51,019 nucleotides of DNA from contig CAUTSX010000001.1 in the NCBI GenBank assembly GCA_963541405.1, positions 1-51,019 on the forward strand, read 5' to 3'. Position 1 is the stretch's first letter. Each line of letters starts with the position of its first letter. Shown here in pieces: positions 49,201 to 51,019 of this stretch. The position numbers were made by a program, and so were the translations under genes. Under the pieces are notes generated by a model that saw only the letters and a program-made list of their open reading frames with translations, did not search any database and was not told the origin of the DNA. This DNA comes from an uncultured Acholeplasmataceae bacterium (GTDB taxonomy: Bacteria; Bacillota_I; Bacilli_A; Acholeplasmatales; Acholeplasmataceae).

Positions 49201-50514
49201 TTAAATCAGTTCTTTTTCAGTTAGACAAACTCTAAGTTCATCTGCTTTTTTAAAGTCTTTGTCTAAACGGGCTTGTTGCCAGGTTTTATATAATTCAAAC
49301 TCTGAGTCAGTAAACTCAGGTAGTTTTATTTCAAAACCTAAAATTTCTAAAACTTTGTAAATAGAGCAAATTACAGAAGCGTTAGTTGAACTAGTTTCGC
49401 CGATACTTAGTTTCTTTATAACTTGGTGTAAATCACTTAAAGCAAGCGGTGTTAAAAAACCATCTTCCATGTACTTAATAAAGTTATCTAAAACAACATT
49501 GTTTAATTCTTTAAACTCAAAACCAGCAACACGGTGATTGAAGGTAAGTATTCTTAATTTACGCTGTATTTTGGTAAATACTGCTTGGTTTTCTTGAAGT
49601 AGTTCTCTTGAAAAGTTAATTGGGCTTTCAAAGTTATGTGAAAGTATTAAAAGTCTAAATCCGTTTGTTTGGCCATTTTCTATAATTTCTTTTACATTGA
49701 TTACATTGCCAAGAGACTTAGACATTTTTTGATTGTCAATATTAACTCTGCCAACATGCATATAGTATTTACTAAGTTCGCGTCCAGTTTCTCCAAGAAA
49801 CTGAGCACGTTCATTTTCGTGATGCGGGAACTTTAAGTCAGAGCCACCACCGTGAATTAAAAGAGTGTCTTCAAATAACTCTTTGTTCATCACAGCACAT
49901 TCTGTGTGCCAGCCCGGTCTGCCAGCGCTAAAAGGTGATTTGAATTTAATGCCTTCTTCTGTCTTTTTCCAAAGCAAGAAATCAAGCGGGTTTTCTTTAT
50001 CATGGTTAACAAAAACTCTGGCCCCAACTGCTAACTCGGCTGTATTTTGGTGAGAAATTACACCGTAAGTTTCAATTGAATTAACTCTAAAGTAGACATT
50101 TCCGTTTTTTTCGTAGGCTAGATTTTTTGAAATTAAGGATTCAATAAATTCAATTATGTGGTCAATGTATTTAGTGGCGTAAGGAATTGAGTCTGGAAAC
50201 TCACAGTTTAAACCGGCTAGATTTTTTAAGTACTCTTTACTATATCTGTGTGCAATTTCTCGCTCGCTAATATTTTCCGAAATTGCCTTACTAATGATTT
50301 TATCATCAATATCGGTAATGTTAGAAACAAAGAAAACTTGGTGTCCGCGATATCTTAAATAGCGAACAACTGCATCAAAAAAAATAGCAGGGCGAGCATT
50401 GCCAACATGAATGTATGAGTAAACTGTAGGTCCGCACACATAAATGCCGATTTTTTTGCCTGCTTCTGGGTTAAAATTATCTATTTTTTTGGTTAAAAAA
50501 TTATATAATTTCAA
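49201..50514 (-). CDS. cysS: Cysteinyl-tRNA synthetase
   Basis: CGPTVYSYIHVGNARP (HIGH) and KMSKSLGN. The likely start is TTG at 50514, 7 nt after GGAG. The track start at 50553 is also TTG. Confidence 0.93.
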   Translation of the reverse strand: MKLYNFLTKKIDNFNPEAGKKIGIYVCGPTVYSYIHVGNARPAIFFDAVVRYLRYRGHQVFFVSNITDIDDKIISKAISENISEREIAHRYSKEYLKNLAGLNCEFPDSIPYATKYIDHIIEFIESLISKNLAYEKNGNVYFRVNSIETYGVISHQNTAELAVGARVFVNHDKENPLDFLLWKKTEEGIKFKSPFSAGRPGWHTECAVMNKELFEDTLLIHGGGSDLKFPHHENERAQFLGETGRELSKYYMHVGRVNIDNQKMSKSLGNVINVKEIIENGQTNGFRLLILSHNFESPINFSRELLQENQAVFTKIQRKLRILTFNHRVAGFEFKELNNVVLDNFIKYMEDGFLTPLALSDLHQVIKKLSIGETSSTNASVICSIYKVLEILGFEIKLPEFTDSEFELYKTWQQARLDKDFKKADELRVCLTEKELI

Positions 50515-50563
50515 ATATTTTCTCCGTCGTTCGTTATATATATTATATAACAAGAACTCAGAA

Positions 50564-51019
50564 TTATTCGGCTTGTGGCACGATTTTAGTTAGTTTACTG
50601 TTTAGTTTAATTAGTTTTAAAATTATGTTTCCGCCCTTGACATTTTTATAGAAATTACTTGCAAGCAAAATGAAGAAAGATTTGTAGACTCCGCTAATTT
50701 CTGTGTCTAAAAATTCTAAAAAATACTTAATAAAAATATCAGGTGCATCTTGATATAAAAGTAATTTTTGTGCTAGTTGCACCAGTTTAGAAATTAAGAA
50801 GTTATCAGGAATTTTATGTTTTAAAAATTCATTTATGTTGTGGGATATTGCTTCCATTTTACGTTCATGAATATAATACAGAGTTTCGAAAAATAGCCTT
50901 ACTAGTCTATTTTCAAACTTTATTAAACTTTTGAAAAATAGGTCTGGTATAAAGACACTGTGATAAATTTGTGTGTACAGAGCAAAGAAAGCACCCACTA
51001 TTTTGTTATTGGTGAATTT
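50564..51019 (-). CDS. Hypothetical protein, C-terminal part (ORF open to the window edge)
   Basis: The reading frame has no stop between 50998 and 51019. I cannot confidently assign a family. Confidence 0.4.
   Translation of the reverse strand, partial: KFTNNKIVGAFFALYTQIYHSVFIPDLFFKSLIKFENRLVRLFFETLYYIHERKMEAISHNINEFLKHKIPDNFLISKLVQLAQKLLLYQDAPDIFIKYFLEFLDTEISGVYKSFFILLASNFYKNVKGGNIILKLIKLNSKLTKIVPQAE

Overview
AT-rich (about one-third G+C by eye, not computed) bacterial chromosomal segment that starts at a contig end. It looks like an Acholeplasma-like Tenericute or low-GC Firmicute using the standard code. TGA acts as a stop (rpmG, sufB and the ComK-like gene end in TGA), and large conserved genes such as gyrA and gyrB are uninterrupted. 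The centre is the replication origin region. serS-gyrA-gyrB-(85 aa ORF)-dnaN-dnaA lie on the minus strand, with dense DnaA-box clusters on both sides of dnaA. rpmH-rnpA-yidC-jag-asnS lie on the plus strand. Housekeeping genes fill most of the remainder: rpsD, ispE-rsmA-rnmV, an HD-domain protein, a HIT protein, cca, yigZ, tyrS, trpS, ispG-rpmG, and a tightly packed minus-strand run cysS / P-type ATPase / rlmB / SigH-like sigma / sufCDSUB / ComK-like. The left 7.5 kb is accessory. It holds an AbrB/MazE-like small gene coupled to a Schlafen-type AlbA_2/ATPase/HTH protein, plus a decayed fragment of a paralog. It also holds three COG1373-type AAA+ ATPases with PD-(D/E)xK-like C-termini, arranged as a two-gene module that was segmentally duplicated and is preceded by iteron-like tandem repeats. 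An orphan, apparently frameshifted RelB/DinJ antitoxin completes the region. A fourth COG1373 paralog sits alone at 38.8-40.0 kb. The first ~98 nt are sequencing-adapter/poly(A) artefact. I found no rRNA, tRNA, CRISPR array, transposase or integrase. The most system-like candidates are the COG1373 module and the AbrB + COG2865 pair, but their function is inference only.
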